From contig NOWV01000002.1 of NCBI GenBank assembly GCA_003344405.1, positions 806,001-870,000 of the forward strand: a DNA stretch of 64,000 nucleotides. Direction: 5' to 3'. Positions 1-13,734 of the stretch are shown in pieces (position 1 is the stretch's first letter; every line of letters begins with the position of its first letter). The position numbers were made by a program, and so were the translations under genes. Source of the DNA: Trichoplax sp. H2 (Eukaryota). Below the pieces are notes generated by a model. That model saw only the letters and a program-made list of their open reading frames with translations. It had not been told where the DNA came from and searched no databases.

Positions 1-2710
1 GCAAGCATCTTATGGCACTATTAAATTTGGGACTTATCATACTGTCAAAAGAATTGTCGCAAAAAATCCTGAAGGTAAAAGTTAATGAAATGATTCTATA
101 GTAATTTACTTATTTTAGATGATTTAACACCTATTACAGTAGTGTTTATTTAGTTGAGATGCATATTTGGAGACAAAAATTTAACGTGGCATTTTCACAT
201 GTAATTTTATTATCCTTGTTGATTAATATATTAATTATTATTATAGATGAGACTATACTCACAAATGTATTTGCTGGAATGATTGCCGGAGCACTATCTT
301 CAAGCATCGCTAATCCTACTGATGTTCTGAAGGTTGGTAACTATGATAATATGATTGCGCACAATTACACAATCTACCGTAATCCGTAATATTTCATAAT
401 AGAGTTTTATTCATTACCAAGAAACATTCATTTTTCTATAGCCAATACATATAGTAGTATTATTAAGTGTAAATTAGTTATGTACATTATGTGATCATTA
501 CTTCAAGATTACAAATACGTATATTGATACCTACAAGTCGATCGTTTAGTATTAGCTAGCTGATGCATTAAAATGCGTTTAGTTAAGGCTTATTCGTTTT
601 CCTTGAGTTATGATATAGTGATTCACATCATTTCCGTTTGTTAGTGCTTTAATATTCGCAAAATGCTATTGTGTCATTTTGCAGATACAAGTAGAGCGAA
701 TTGCTTCTTAGTATTTCTCATATCTCTTCAGTCATACCGTATCGTAATTATGGTGTAGTTTGTACTATACTTCATAATAAGGTCCTACAGGCATACACTA
801 CCAGCTATACTGCACTTGGTTTAGTTGGTTATATCAGAGCCATACTATAGTACTGTAGTCTGTACTGTAGGACGAGTATTAACTGTGCGTATTATCTTTT
901 TTCACCGTAGAGAAGGAGAATTTTTCTGCATTGTGTAGCCGATCTAGTGTATTAACGCATAATCTACGCATACGTGTAAATCCGTTTTCTAGTAAATGCG
1001 GTAGATTAACCAAATATTTATTATTCGTTAAGTTTTAATTGACTTGATGAAATACGGCATATTTTTATTTGTCATATACTAGTTCGTTTATTCGTAAGCT
1101 CAAAATTAAATTAAGTTACTTTATGCTATTGCTTCACGGATGATTATGGTATTTTACCTTCCAGACTTTAAGACGTAAATGTTATCGCGTAGGCGATATA
1201 TGAAAAGGAATCTTATGTCGTTTTCTGCAGTATGTACGGGCAAAACTGTAGCATTCGTCTGAATGATGGTATAGCGCTCTTCAGACGCTTTTAAATATAT
1301 GTGTATATCTATGTATAGCTTGTCTATATTCAGTCCTCTACTATTTCGTTTGATTTCATTTCAGTATGAACCTGCATAGCATACCTTATTTACCGTTTAG
1401 TATATATATGTTACTGTACATTTAATTGCTTTAGAATAGAAATAAAATTTAATTAAATTATGTTACCATGTGCTTCTTTAGTTTTCCAAGTCTATTCACG
1501 GTATGAAAAAATTTATGATCATAGATAATTGAAAAATCACGATATGCTAAGCCTATGTAATATTTGTAGATGTAGTTCATGATAAGATGTTATTGTATTA
1601 CAAGTTTTGTGTTTCGACTAAATTAAAAATTATGTATTAATTTTAATTTTTATTATGGGTTTATAGGTTAGGATGCAAGCTGGATCACGGATGAACCTGA
1701 CTGGAAAGAATGTGCTTCGGTCTTTTGCTGATATTTATAAAGAAGAAGGTATTAGGGGTCTTTATCGGGTAAGCTATTTCTTACGTAATGTTTACGATGA
1801 GGCTGGTCGGATGTCTAAGTAAATTTTGTACAAATATTATTTTTATTTCTTAGGGTGTGGGACCAACGTCACAAAGAGCAGCTGTGATAGTTGCCGTTCA
1901 AATGCCAACTTATGAACTGAGTAAGCGTGAGCTCATTAAAAGTCAACTTATGAATGATGGCCTATCAACTCATTTATGGTGCGTTGTACTCGATGAAAGA
2001 TATTTATTAATCAATCAACTATTTAACACGATAGTTATAAATTGTACTTATATATTTTACATAATCTTGTATGGTTTACAGCTGTAGTATGATATCTGGC
2101 CTTTCTATGGCTCTAGTTTCTAATCCTTTGGACGTTATAAAGGTTAGAATTGTTAAAATTTGTAAAATTTACCGTTTCTCACCTACAACTAGAGCAATAT
2201 TAGCGATTATATAGCATACGTAGACTTACCTTTTAATTTTGATATGGGCTTACAGCCAGTTAATTCCCCAGAGTGATAGAGATAACTTTAATATTTATAG
2301 ACTAGAATGGTGAATCAATCAGCAAGTCGTATTGTTAGTAAAAGATCAGCGTCATTTTATAAGAATTCTTTCCACTGCTTATATCAGGTAAGAAATAGTA
2401 CCAGCAATATCTAAAAGTCTCTATGTTGTAAAGTGAACGTAAGGTGCCTAATTAATAATTTTATTCGCAGACAATTCGTGGTGAAGGCATCCTTGCACTA
2501 TATAAGGGTTTCGTACCCTCATTTTTGCGTGTTGGACCTTGGAATGTTATTGTATCCTCACATAGATAACAATTAAAATTACTATTGCAACTCTTTACAT
2601 TAACTATCTATTAATCATGAGTGCTCTTGCTTATGGTCCTTAACTTTCTAAAACAGTTTTTTGTAACATATGAGCAAATGAAGCGCATTGATTTATTGCA
2701 CCATTACTAA
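1..2710 (+). CDS. SLC25A30: Mitochondrial carrier, KMCP1/BMCP1 (SLC25A30/SLC25A14) type; 5' part lies outside the window
   Basis: Exons ~1-74, 248-331, 1667-1768, 1854-1978, 2082-2142, 2301-2387, 2471-2551 and 2657-2710 splice to [83 protein letters not shown]. It carries two PxD/ExxK carrier signatures. SLC25A30 and SLC25A14 cannot be told apart here; this is probably their common pro-orthologue. Confidence 0.9.
2552..2656 (+). other. Putative U12-type (minor spliceosome) GT-AG intron
   Basis: 5' site GTATCCTC at 2552, branch site TCCTTAAC at 2637-2644 and AG at 2655-2656. There is no long polypyrimidine tract, and removal keeps the frame (NVI|FFV). Confidence 0.8.
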
Positions 2711-3586
2711 CCTGGTCTGAATTTTGGGTAGTTGGATTCATTGATTTTATCAAGACGTTGCTGCATAACCAAGAAATGTTTCTCTTACGAAGTTAGACTA
2801 CTTAATAATTTATGTCAGCTTAGACTTAAATTATGTATTATATCTTTGTGTAGATACTCGTATACGAGTACATTCGCCTCACATTGCAGTAACCGCAAAT
2901 TGACATTATTACAAGAATTGACTTTACGGTTGGAAGCTACATGTAGGAGATGGATATTTACCAGACATGTACAGGATACTAGTAATGCTAAATTGTTATT
3001 ACACTGTGAATACTTACATAATTAATCATGTATTCGCGTATATAGCCTGGTTTGCATTCTGTATGATATTGTAATTTAACCATATATGGCACTTGTAATA
3101 TATTGTACTGTACGGTGTTGGCAAACAAGAAAATTATTATTAATCGAATTTGCATAAGTTGCGAACTAATTTGTTTAATTTATTATGGCATTATTCGGTG
3201 GACTAAAGACAATGTAATTGTATTTTGAGGGATGTTAAAAACATTTATTACTGGAAATGCTCTCAGCTTTTATGAAGGAAAATTCATTCACTATGCTTTA
3301 CTCTTAAATACAAATAAAGATCTAGAAGATTGCTTACTACAAGGGAAAATTACTGAGCAACATACTCGTACGGTAGATCTATTAAATCATATTATATACT
3401 GTACCGTATGTTTAATATTAATGCCACTGATTTATTACGTATAATTATCAATTGCCACCAGTTAAGAAATGCCTAATAATACTGTACGTTGCTACGGAAA
3501 TCGCTATTGCATACAGTACAGTCATTGGCAGCGCATATGACCGTATCGAACTTACTGTACTAGTATACAGTACGTATTGAACGGCA

Positions 3587-3700
3587 AGGATGACTTTAGG
3601 GTATATTGTGAAGGAGCATGAAATCATTCACAGTATTCATATTTAGCGAAAGGATGACTTAGAATACAGTACATAATGAAGAAGCATGAAATGATTCACA
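3587..3700. repeat. Short diverged direct duplication (~60 bp, two copies)
   Basis: aaggatgactt...gaaggagcatgaaatcattcaca (3587) recurs as aaggatgactt...gaagaagcatgaaatgattcaca (3650). Confidence 0.6.
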
Positions 3701-4541
3701 ATGGAAAATTACAGTCGGCATCCAAAATTTGTTGAGGCCATACTGTACAGTACATTCAAGCCTTTAAAGAACGCAACGATTAATTATATGACTTGATCGA
3801 ATTGTGGCTCCAAATACACCCAGCTCACAACTCCACAATGACAATGATTAATTGTAATTGTTGAGAACGCAGTCAATCGAATACAGACGTACTTGCGTCA
3901 GGTTAAATACACCTCCACCGAGACAGCATTAATTGTAAATTAGAATAACTATCTTAACAGGAATAATACAAGTTTTTATTTTTCTGTATAGTGGAACTAA
4001 TCAAGTTAACATTAATAGCGACGATATTCATGCTAGATAGTAAAAAGTTGATGAGGTATAACAATTTCACAGTATAAGCGTACATTTGAAGACCACTGCA
4101 CAGAAATTGTTAAAGCACTTGTGGTTTAGAAAATTTAAAAATACTACAATATTATTATAGGCATGAAAATGTAGAATCCTGCTCGATCACTATTAACCTG
4201 TATTTATTGTTGCTCATTGATAGTTTTCAGCTATACAGTAAAAATAATTATAATTGATGATGATTCGCTATTACGCATTAGTACAATAAAATTTTAGCAA
4301 AACTTAGTGTACATGTAACGTTATACAATTGTCAATAGCGGATTCTGCACCAGCGTGCATACAGCATGTTAGGTAAATGCAATAACAATAATAATAGGGA
4401 TGAGATTTATTACAATAATGATACGTATCAATCGTTTAAAACAGAACTACTGTCTACTTGTGACTTTCTGAATTTAGTCTTTCATCGATAGCAATAGGTC
4501 TGTCGTCATCCATTCATCATATTTATCATTCATGACACATG

Positions 4542-5522
4542 TTACTCATCGCTCAATTCATACGATTCATATAAAATTTGCCCTCGATGATTAAAGGTAT
4601 AAAACGATTGCCTATTGGTAAAGTTTTCCGATGGCCTATCACATCATAATAAAAAGAAAGAATGACAACACCATGAATGAAACACTTATATATGTAGCGA
4701 AAGAAAAGTCGTCAAAATAAATTTGTTGGCAATAAGACTGGATTAATATAGAGCATATTGTTATAGAGACATGTAACATGCTATCAATGATACATTTTAA
4801 TACGACAAATTCTTTTTCAGGCTTTCAGAAAATTGACCAGTAAGAGAATTTCTGTACGGTTCATAATTACGCATATAATTATATTATAATTTACGCCGAG
4901 AAATTTCAGTTCTTTGAATAGCTAGTACCTGTCGTTTAGTTCTGCTGTTGCACTTATTTCGCGAAAACTTCCAGAAATGATAACTACGCCAATGGTACAA
5001 ACGATAAAGCCAGTTAAGCATTCGACTAAAATCTGCAAGTTCAAAGAAATCATTGTAATGGATGATTTTGTTTGGTTTTGTAAGAAAGATTTATGCCTAG
5101 GTATTGCAGAAAATTGTTAACAAAAATTGCTAGCACAAGTTATTGAACTATGATCATTTTCAATGCATATTATGACGTTCATGCTTAAGCTTTGAAAGTA
5201 TTTACAAGGTACAACCATGTTTCATAAAATGTAATTTCTTGAATAAAAAAGTATGATGATACGACTTTGATGCTTACGTCTATTGGTGTATTAGCCACAT
5301 TTTGTTCGGTTAATTTGGCGTAAGTCCGATCTATGAATAAAATACGTTGCAGCGATCATCAATGTAAAGTGTTGAGCGCATCCAATTAGGATTCACTGTA
5401 ACGGTTAGATATCAAAGTTAATCAATGAAATTACGTTGTACAGCGGAATAGGCTGAATGGAATACTCCTAAAATTCCGAATAGAATTAAGAATCTGGCAA
5501 CGGTGCGAAAGCCAGTCGCCAT
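4542..5522 (-). CDS. MMGT1: ER membrane protein complex subunit 5 / membrane magnesium transporter 1
   Basis: Absent from the ORF track. Exons 5522-5435, 5330-5278, 5032-4929 and 4635-4542 give MATGFRTVARFLILFGILGVFHSAYSAVQHRTYAKLTEQNVANTPIDILVECLTGFIVCTIGVVIISGSFREISATAELNDRPSENFTNRQSFYTFNHRGQILYESYELSDE*. This matches the EMC5 motifs HxAxSAxQHR, PIDI and SFYxFNHRG. Confidence 0.93.
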
Positions 5523-5909
5523 GATGTTTCTAAGCTTTGGAATAGCGAAGTAATGTAGAGACTACAGTACTGTACTGTACTGCACTGTAGTGAGAGCCTT
5601 TCTTCTTCAAGAGTACAGTGTACAGTGTACAGTACATACAGTACAGTATTGTACCATACAGTATGTACTGCGCAGTACTGTACAGTACTATACAGTACAG
5701 TACAGTACAGTGTACGGTACGTGCAACGTTGGTATTGTAGAAAAGTACTGTACACTGTACCGTACTGTACGGTACTGAACTGGCTGCACGTAGGTGAAAG
5801 CAAGTTCCTGCCTCTAGCAGCTAGCTCTAGATCCCAAGGAAGCGAAATTGAAGTCCAATCAATTAATTATTAACCGTCAACGAAGAGAATATGTACAAAT
5901 TATTTTAAC
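5523..5909. promoter_or_regulatory. Bidirectional promoter region MMGT1/GFM1 with a CAGTA/TACTG low-complexity tract (~5563-5777)
   Basis: 387 bp separate the two divergent ATGs. The region holds dense tacag/actgt pentamers and ACAGTACTGT palindromes. Confidence 0.7.
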
Positions 5910-8900
5910 ATGAGCACAATACGATTAGTCAACCTAGCCAGCCGGCTGCCATTACGATATGGGACCACTTGTTATAAGGTAGGACTGCTAAGAGTAAAGT
6001 CATTTTATTCATAGTTCAGTACATCCGGTAAAGAAATGAATTGGCTTGATTGTCCTCGACACAGGCTCTACTCTATAAGACCGTGTTCAGCGTACACCAC
6101 GTGAGCCACTAGCTACAAGGTCTGGCCATGTTCTCTGGTCATGGCGTTGCCAATGAGCAAACCACACTCGCTCTGCTAATATCATATTATGAATAATGAT
6201 ACTCCAGAAGAAATGACCACAAAGTTTTTAAATAGATTTAAAACGTAGAATAGATTCCTTACTGACCTCACTGTATAGGATCGTAAGAGACCATTCGATT
6301 ACAGTATTATGGCATGAAAGTCAAGCTAAATTTCCAATAAATGCTGTATGGAATAATCTTGTAAACGACTGTAGTAATCAATGAAGTCTTTCAATCCATT
6401 ATAGCCATTTTGATCAGCTATACCTGATATTGCAGTGTACAAATATAAATGGCTCTGCAGTACCTGAACTCTAGCTGTGCATAGGCATAAGGGGTCATAA
6501 TCAACTACAGTGCCGTAAATGCCGGCAACATTGTTGGTTTCTAACCTTTCACTTGCAATGCTTTGCAGCATGGATTTACAGCACTTCAACCTAGCTGTCC
6601 CTGTATGGAGAACATCTACACCTGTAATGTGCAATATATTGAGTAACAGTACTATGATTTATCTGCCTTCATTCAACAACGAACTAGTAGTCCTGGTTTA
6701 AATTTGCTGCATAACCCATTTCTAAAATGATTCATATAAATTGTAGAACTGTACGCTACTGTATAGTGACGTTAAGACGAAAATAATGCAGCGTGATTCA
6801 AGTAGAAATGTTGGCGTACGATCACATATCGCAGCAGTTGCAGTACAGTCGAACTGTTGCTTTTCCTGTAGACCACCATTAAACTAACAGACAGCATGTT
6901 GTGCCATAATATTATCCAATATTTTCATTGATACTATCTATCGGTTATATACGGTACCTTGCTGACCACTTTTAAAGTCATTTAGAATAGTTTAAAAATT
7001 AGTATCAACATCGAATCATTGAAATATGATAGTTTGCTCCTTATGTATAACATTGGATGTATTTTTGCTACCTTGTTATCATATTACTGCTCATATATAT
7101 ATATATACTCTAATAACCAAAAAGCTATAGTAAATATCAGCATCGTAGCAGTAGATGCGCGTACTTTTGTATACCAACCCTAGAAGTAATAGTAATTATT
7201 ATACTCGTATGTAATAATTAATTGCATTAGTTGACGTATCTGTTTATTGAATCGATTTTATAGATATCACCTTTATTACGGGCTGCTATGTCGCAATCGG
7301 CGGTAAGAGTAATAATTAATTATTCGTGATTAGTAAACTGTATGTATGTGTATTATCTATCATACTGATCATACTGTACAGTATAATCGCAATTTCCCTT
7401 TATATCGTGAATTCATAATCCGTACTGCAGTCGATTTTCTGGCCGTATTCGGCAATAATTAAATTTTGCATTTTCTTATGTGAAAATAAAATTTATTTCT
7501 ACGAGTTCTTTCATAACGTACCTACACAGGTAGAAGTAGAGAAAATTCGCAATATTGGAATATCAGCTCATATTGATTCCGGGAAAACGACATTAACAGA
7601 GCGAGTTTTGTTTTATACCGGACGCATTGGTCAGATGCACGAGGTAGAGTAAAAGAATATAAATTATAATTATTATACGTAGATTTACATGTGATAATTT
7701 TAATTATGCTCTCCCTTAAAATGAAATTTTAAAATCTTGAAAAACTTCGCACTATATGCAGTAGATCTTTACGGTTATACCTTTACCAACTTTGAATTGG
7801 AATCGTTACAACTTTATCAAATTTAACTCATTAATCTTCACGCCTGTGTTGTATTACAAATTTGAGTAACTTATTCCAGTTTCTTAAAAATTACCAGTAC
7901 AGTATTTAAATTTATCTCTCATACGAGATATAGAGCGATGTACTGAGCGTTTATCGATGCTTATAACTTCGTTGCATTTATTGCAGGTCAGAGGTAAGGA
8001 TAATGTCGGTGCTACAATGGATTTTATGGATCTGGAACGTCAACGTGGTATTACGATACAAGTTGGTATTTGGTTTTAATCACCCATTGATTTTATTGAT
8101 AGCAATACAACTTGACTTAAAACTAACCAACTTATTAAATGTTGTTTTTGTTATGTTATCGAGTATAGTCTGCTGCTACTTATACCAGCTGGAAAGAAAC
8201 AAATATAAATATTATTGACACACCAGGTAAAATATATAGTAGAATATTTCGACATTTAAAACATTTGCAGTAGTAACTTTCCTTTTCTAGCAATTAACCA
8301 TTGTAAACTTTATTGAATGATTAGGTCATGTTGATTTTACTATGGAAGTCGAGCGTGCCCTACGTGTCTTAGATTCAGCAGTATTAGTATTATGCGGTGT
8401 TGGAGGTGTTCAAGTGAGCAATACCTATATAAATATCTTATATTCTTTGTACTTGCATCTAACGTTGCATTTATGTACCGATAGAGCCAAACTTTAACCG
8501 TTGATAGACAAATGAAACGTTACGAGGTTCCGTGCTTAGCCTTTATTAACAAACTAGATCGGTTAGGAATATTCGAATGATCTTTTGCTTTGTCTTAATA
8601 AGAACCTTTGCAATAATTTATTATGATAATAATAACATTAACAAGGTATCTGAACTACTTCGTATAGAATGGGAGCTAATCCAGAAAGAGTAGTTTTGCA
8701 AATTAGGTATTTTTAAGTTTACAATTTCACTTTTAAAGAAATCTGTATAATGTTCGTTACATATTAACGTTCTAGAACATACTTTATCAATTTTATCAAA
8801 ATACTAGGTCGAAATTACGACATAATGCAGCTCTTATTCATTTACCGATTGGTTTGGAAAGTGATTTTAAAGGAATTATAGACATAATATCTAGGAAAGC

Positions 8901-11900
8901 TATTTACTTTGAAGGTGCATTGGGGTAAGATACATCGTGTTTAAGCCTTACAATTTAAATTAGCATTAGTAATAGTAAAATAACGCCTGATGCGCTTGCT
9001 AGTATTTTATTGTAAAGTTCGCCAATATTTATTGTCCATTACTTAACGGTATTCTATAATTTAGCTCCCAAATAGTCGAAAAAGAGATTCCTGATGATTA
9101 TGTGGAAGAAACGAATAAGAAAAGACAAGAATTGATTGGTACTTACTTGTTAGATAGATTAGCAGTTTGACTTAGTTAATCGACCAAATTTTGGCTGTCG
9201 ATTTGGATTTAACGTCAGATTATTTATCATAGCTTAGTTGAATTATCGGTAATATCATTACTTGCTTTGCTAAGTTTTAGTTATTGCTATATTTTTACAT
9301 CAAAATAGAGGCAGTAGCTAATGTTGATGATGAACTAGGAGAGAAGTTTCTGGAAGACGCAGATTTATCTAAGGAAGACATCATCGTAATTATGCATCTT
9401 AAAAATTTTTTTAATTGTATACTGAGTAATTCAACTTTTGTTTATCTGATTCTGGTTCATTTCTGAATCTTGCTATAAAACAGGCAGCAATTCGACGTTG
9501 TACCTTAAAGAAAACTTTTACACCGGTCTTATTAGGATCAGCTCTAAAGAATAAAGGTGTCCAGGTAGCTGTAGAGATCATGATCTTATTCAAGTAGAGA
9601 AAAATTTTTTATTAACATTCTTAATCGCCTAAGATACGAGTATGTAGTCTAATTTATTGAACTGTTGTTGTGGTATTTTATAGCCTCTTTTAGACGGTGT
9701 TTTAGCATATTTACCAAATCCTTCCGAAGTTGAAAATTTTGCTTTGGATCCCGAAGAGTAGGCTTAGTTATTATTGTTATTAATTTTGATTTAATATTCA
9801 TTGTAACTATTATAATTTTAGCTATAGAAATTAGAACACTAACTTGTTTCATTCTGCAATTTAATAATTTTTTGAAATTTCAATTGTTTACTTTTGGTAA
9901 TGAAGACATATTTACTAAATCAAAATACTTTTCGATACCAGCAATGAGCAAAAAATTTTAATGAATCCTTCACGGAGCAGCGCACAGCCTTTTGTTGGCC
10001 TTGCCTTTAAGCTTGAGGTATGCAATGCTGTAATAGTGGGAAGAAGTCATCGCAATTGATTATAGCCCATATTTACCGTTGTAACTTTAGCAGATAATAC
10101 AATGACGTTAATTAAATATTATGACCATTATGTAATTGCTTAGTGACTTTTATCTTCGAATTCAGGCAGGTCGATTTGGTCAGTTAACATATATACGTAT
10201 CTATCAAGGACAGTTAAAAAGAGGTGGCTTTATTGTTAATGTTAGAACCGGTAAACGTCTTAAGGTACCACGACTTGTTAGGATGCATAGCAATGAAATG
10301 GAGGTATTTCGATGCTTTTATTTACGATTTCCTAAAGTATCATGCTTCTATACAATCTGATAGGTTACCCTAATCTTACTGTAAGTTATTCAAGTCTGCC
10401 TTAAATTTTTATCATAGGACGTCCAAGAGGCTTATGCCGGTGATATTTGCGCATTATTTGGTGTAGACTGTTTTTCGGGCGATACATTTGTGGCTGAATC
10501 TTCTCGGTCATTATCGATGGTACTGCTGTACTTGATAATTTATCCTGTAGACGTTAGTACCTTTTGACTTAGTAATTTACCTGCATCATAAAAAAAATCA
10601 TAGGAATCGATGTTTGTTCCAGAACCTGTGATCTCTCTTTCTATCAAGCCTACCAATAAGGTAAACATAGAAAAATTCATTTTCTTTACCTGTCTATTTT
10701 TAAAATATAACTAATTTTTTAGAACGATATCGGACAATTCTCTAAAGCGATCCACCGGTTCACTAAAGAAGATCCAACTTTCAAGGTGCACTTTGATGAC
10801 GAGAGCAAAGAGGTACTGAGCAACGTTGTGGTGCGCATGTTGATTTCTGTGGTTTTTTATCCAATGTCTTATTATGTATTGCATACAAACATTTATTCAT
10901 TGTATTCTGATACTTTATTAATAATAATTATTATAGACCATTATTTCTGGTATGGGAGAATTACATTTGGATATTTATGCCGAGGTAAGTTTCTTGCATT
11001 GAACGATTTTAATATTATTGGGTTGCTTAGTCTCCAATTATACAATATAAGCACGCCTTAAGAATCTCATCACTTTTGAAAACTTATTCGTATTAGAGAA
11101 TACGTACAGAATATAATTGCCCATGTGAAACTGGGAAGCCGAAAGTGGCTTTCAGAGAAACAATTGGTTCGATTGCCCAGTAAGTAAAAATAAAAACTAT
11201 GATAAAAATATTTAATTTAACGATGAAATCCTTACTGTATGACCAGGAAAGGACCTTCTCATCTAATACTGTAATTTTGATACAGATTCGATTATTTGCA
11301 TAAAAAACAATCTGGTGGAGCTGGTCAGTTTGGTCGTGTTATCGGAGAAATTCAAGTATGATAAAGTACTCTATTTACATGTACGCGTAACGAAAAACGT
11401 CTTCGAATACGATAATAAAATGATTTGTTTGCTAATAATATGGTTAGCCTTTGGGCGAGGATAAGTTAACATCAGTTGAATTTTCCGATGAAACTGTTGG
11501 TATGAATATTCCAAAGAACTTTATACCTGCTATTGAGAAGGTATATTTTCATTTGTTGCTGTATTGGCATTGACGATAATTATAATTACAGTACTACGTT
11601 TGGCGTATTTTATAATTGCCAATGGTATTTTAAGTAGATTTTTTTGCTTATCCTTAGGGCTTCCGAGATATATGTGAAACTGGTATTATATCTGGACATA
11701 AAATTAATGGTGTTAAAATTGTATTAAAAGATGGTAATTAACATATTGTATTTACTTTAAAATATTATAATTCTAGTGTGTAATTCTCATGGTGAATTTA
11801 TGGTATTGTTAATTAACTCAATAAATACTGTTATTCAAAAGGTACTTCCCATGCAGTCGACTCTAGCGAATTAGCTTTCCGCCTGGCTGGCAAGGGAGCT

Positions 11901-12720
11901 ATGAGACAAGGTATTCATTGTTATTGCCCGTGTCACACTTTTTTGGTTAATAATCTTGATCAGTTTGATTCCTGATAGTTCTAACCTCCGCTCTTTAGTA
12001 TTCCCTAAGGCCAACCCAATAATACTAGAGCCGGTAATGCTGGTTGAAATTAGCGCTCCAGAAGAATACAGAGTAAGCATAATTAAATGTGAAAAATTAT
12101 TGGTAAGAATCACCTCACAAACATTTCTTTTATTCTTTACTATATGAAGGGGGCTGTTCTAACCAGTATGAGTCGTCGGCGTGGCGTCATTACTGGAAGT
12201 GATTCAGTAGAAGGATACTTTTATCTGTTTGCTGAAGTTTGTAACTGCTATGTTTTGACATTATATGAATTATTTGTAGATAAGTTCCATAAAAGTAGTC
12301 CAATCCTGAACTCATGGGTCTGATAGGATTGCATAAAGTTACCAATATTATTTTAAATTTTCTTTTTCAAATTTATACTGTAGGTTCCGTTGAATGATAT
12401 GTTCGGATATGCAACTGAGTTACGATCAGCTACACAAGTAAGTATTGTTTATATAGCACTTTTCAACTGTAAAAAATATTTATGTAAAATGATCCTAAAT
12501 ATGTAGAGGTATTTGTGACTGCTTTAACAGAACTATTGCCATGTAAAATATATACCGTATATATACTCTAAAGCCACCATACTTAGTAACTCCAATATAC
12601 TGTTAGGGCAAAGGAGAATTCGTCATGGAGTACCAGAAATATGCACCAGTAACACCACAGTTACAAGACACCTTAGTCAAGCAGTTTGAAGAAGAAAGGT
12701 TACGAAAGTTAAAAAAATAA
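5910..12720 (+). CDS. GFM1: Mitochondrial elongation factor G1
   Basis: Many short exons. Likely targeting-peptide exons are 5910-5978 ([18 protein letters not shown]..) and 7264-7302. These are followed by [16 protein letters not shown] (7530-), [85 protein letters not shown] and ..ELRSATQGKGEF..LKK* (stop 12718-12720). Confidence 0.95.
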
Positions 12721-13734
12721 AGAATGCTTGCAAAGCGAAGTACGTACATGTGGTTACTTTATGAAAGTAGCTAATCATGGTCAGTTCTTTATGAAATTGA
12801 TAAAGAATGATATTAAAGATATGACCATGCCTTTGCTATAGGATGACCTTTAGCGTTAATATTTTTATCAAATAAGCTTAAGCTATCATAGTATCGCTCC
12901 TTATGTATACACGAATATTACAAGTAAATAAAAGTTATATCATGAATAAGTGGAATTTAAATAAAGTGATGAAAAATACATTGACGAAAGCATTATAAAT
13001 TTTCGAATCATGATTATGATTCTCCAATTTTAATTTTCAAAGCTAATTGTTGATAGTACCATTTTTTGAGTCAGTACTAAATACGTGAAAGCATACGTAC
13101 TGTATATGGGCATACATACCCAGTAACCTAAAAATGGTCAATATTTTCAACGCTCATGTCACATATTTTCATTTACTATAACGTTTTCGTTGATATAGCA
13201 TTAAAATTTATTGATTTCGTTAACGTTACAATTTCAAAAACAGTTTCTATTGAAATACACTCCTTACTAGGAAATGCATGATGACATAGAAGTGTGAGAA
13301 GATTCGCTAGTAAATGCCTAAGAATTTGACTAATTCAGTCAAATACCAATTATTTATGAAAGCTTTAGAAATTATAGTGATCTTACTATGGGTATATTCC
13401 TCATTTCTATCACAAAGTACACACTACATGAAGTGTGCACCGTTGCATAAATCTCTAAGTCAAGGGAGTGTTATTAAAAAGGGGCACTATTATTACTATT
13501 GCATGCTAAACTACTATATATTGGTACAACAATGTTTTAATACGCATACTTTGAGTGGATAAATTAGAAAGACTCGTTGGAAACTTCTGTCTACGATAGT
13601 GTTTCACAGAAAGTTTTCAAGACATAAAAATCTAAGGAGTAATACCATATCCAAATTTATGCCAATCAACATTATAATATGCGACCAATAGTAACAGAAA
13701 CTTTATAAAATAGCATCAATTAACGCAAATTATT

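Noticed and set aside
5486..5873. Three overlapping ORFs rich in T/V/Q/Y/S/C
   Set aside because: They are translations of the CAGTA pentamer tract, which lacks stops, and are not real proteins.
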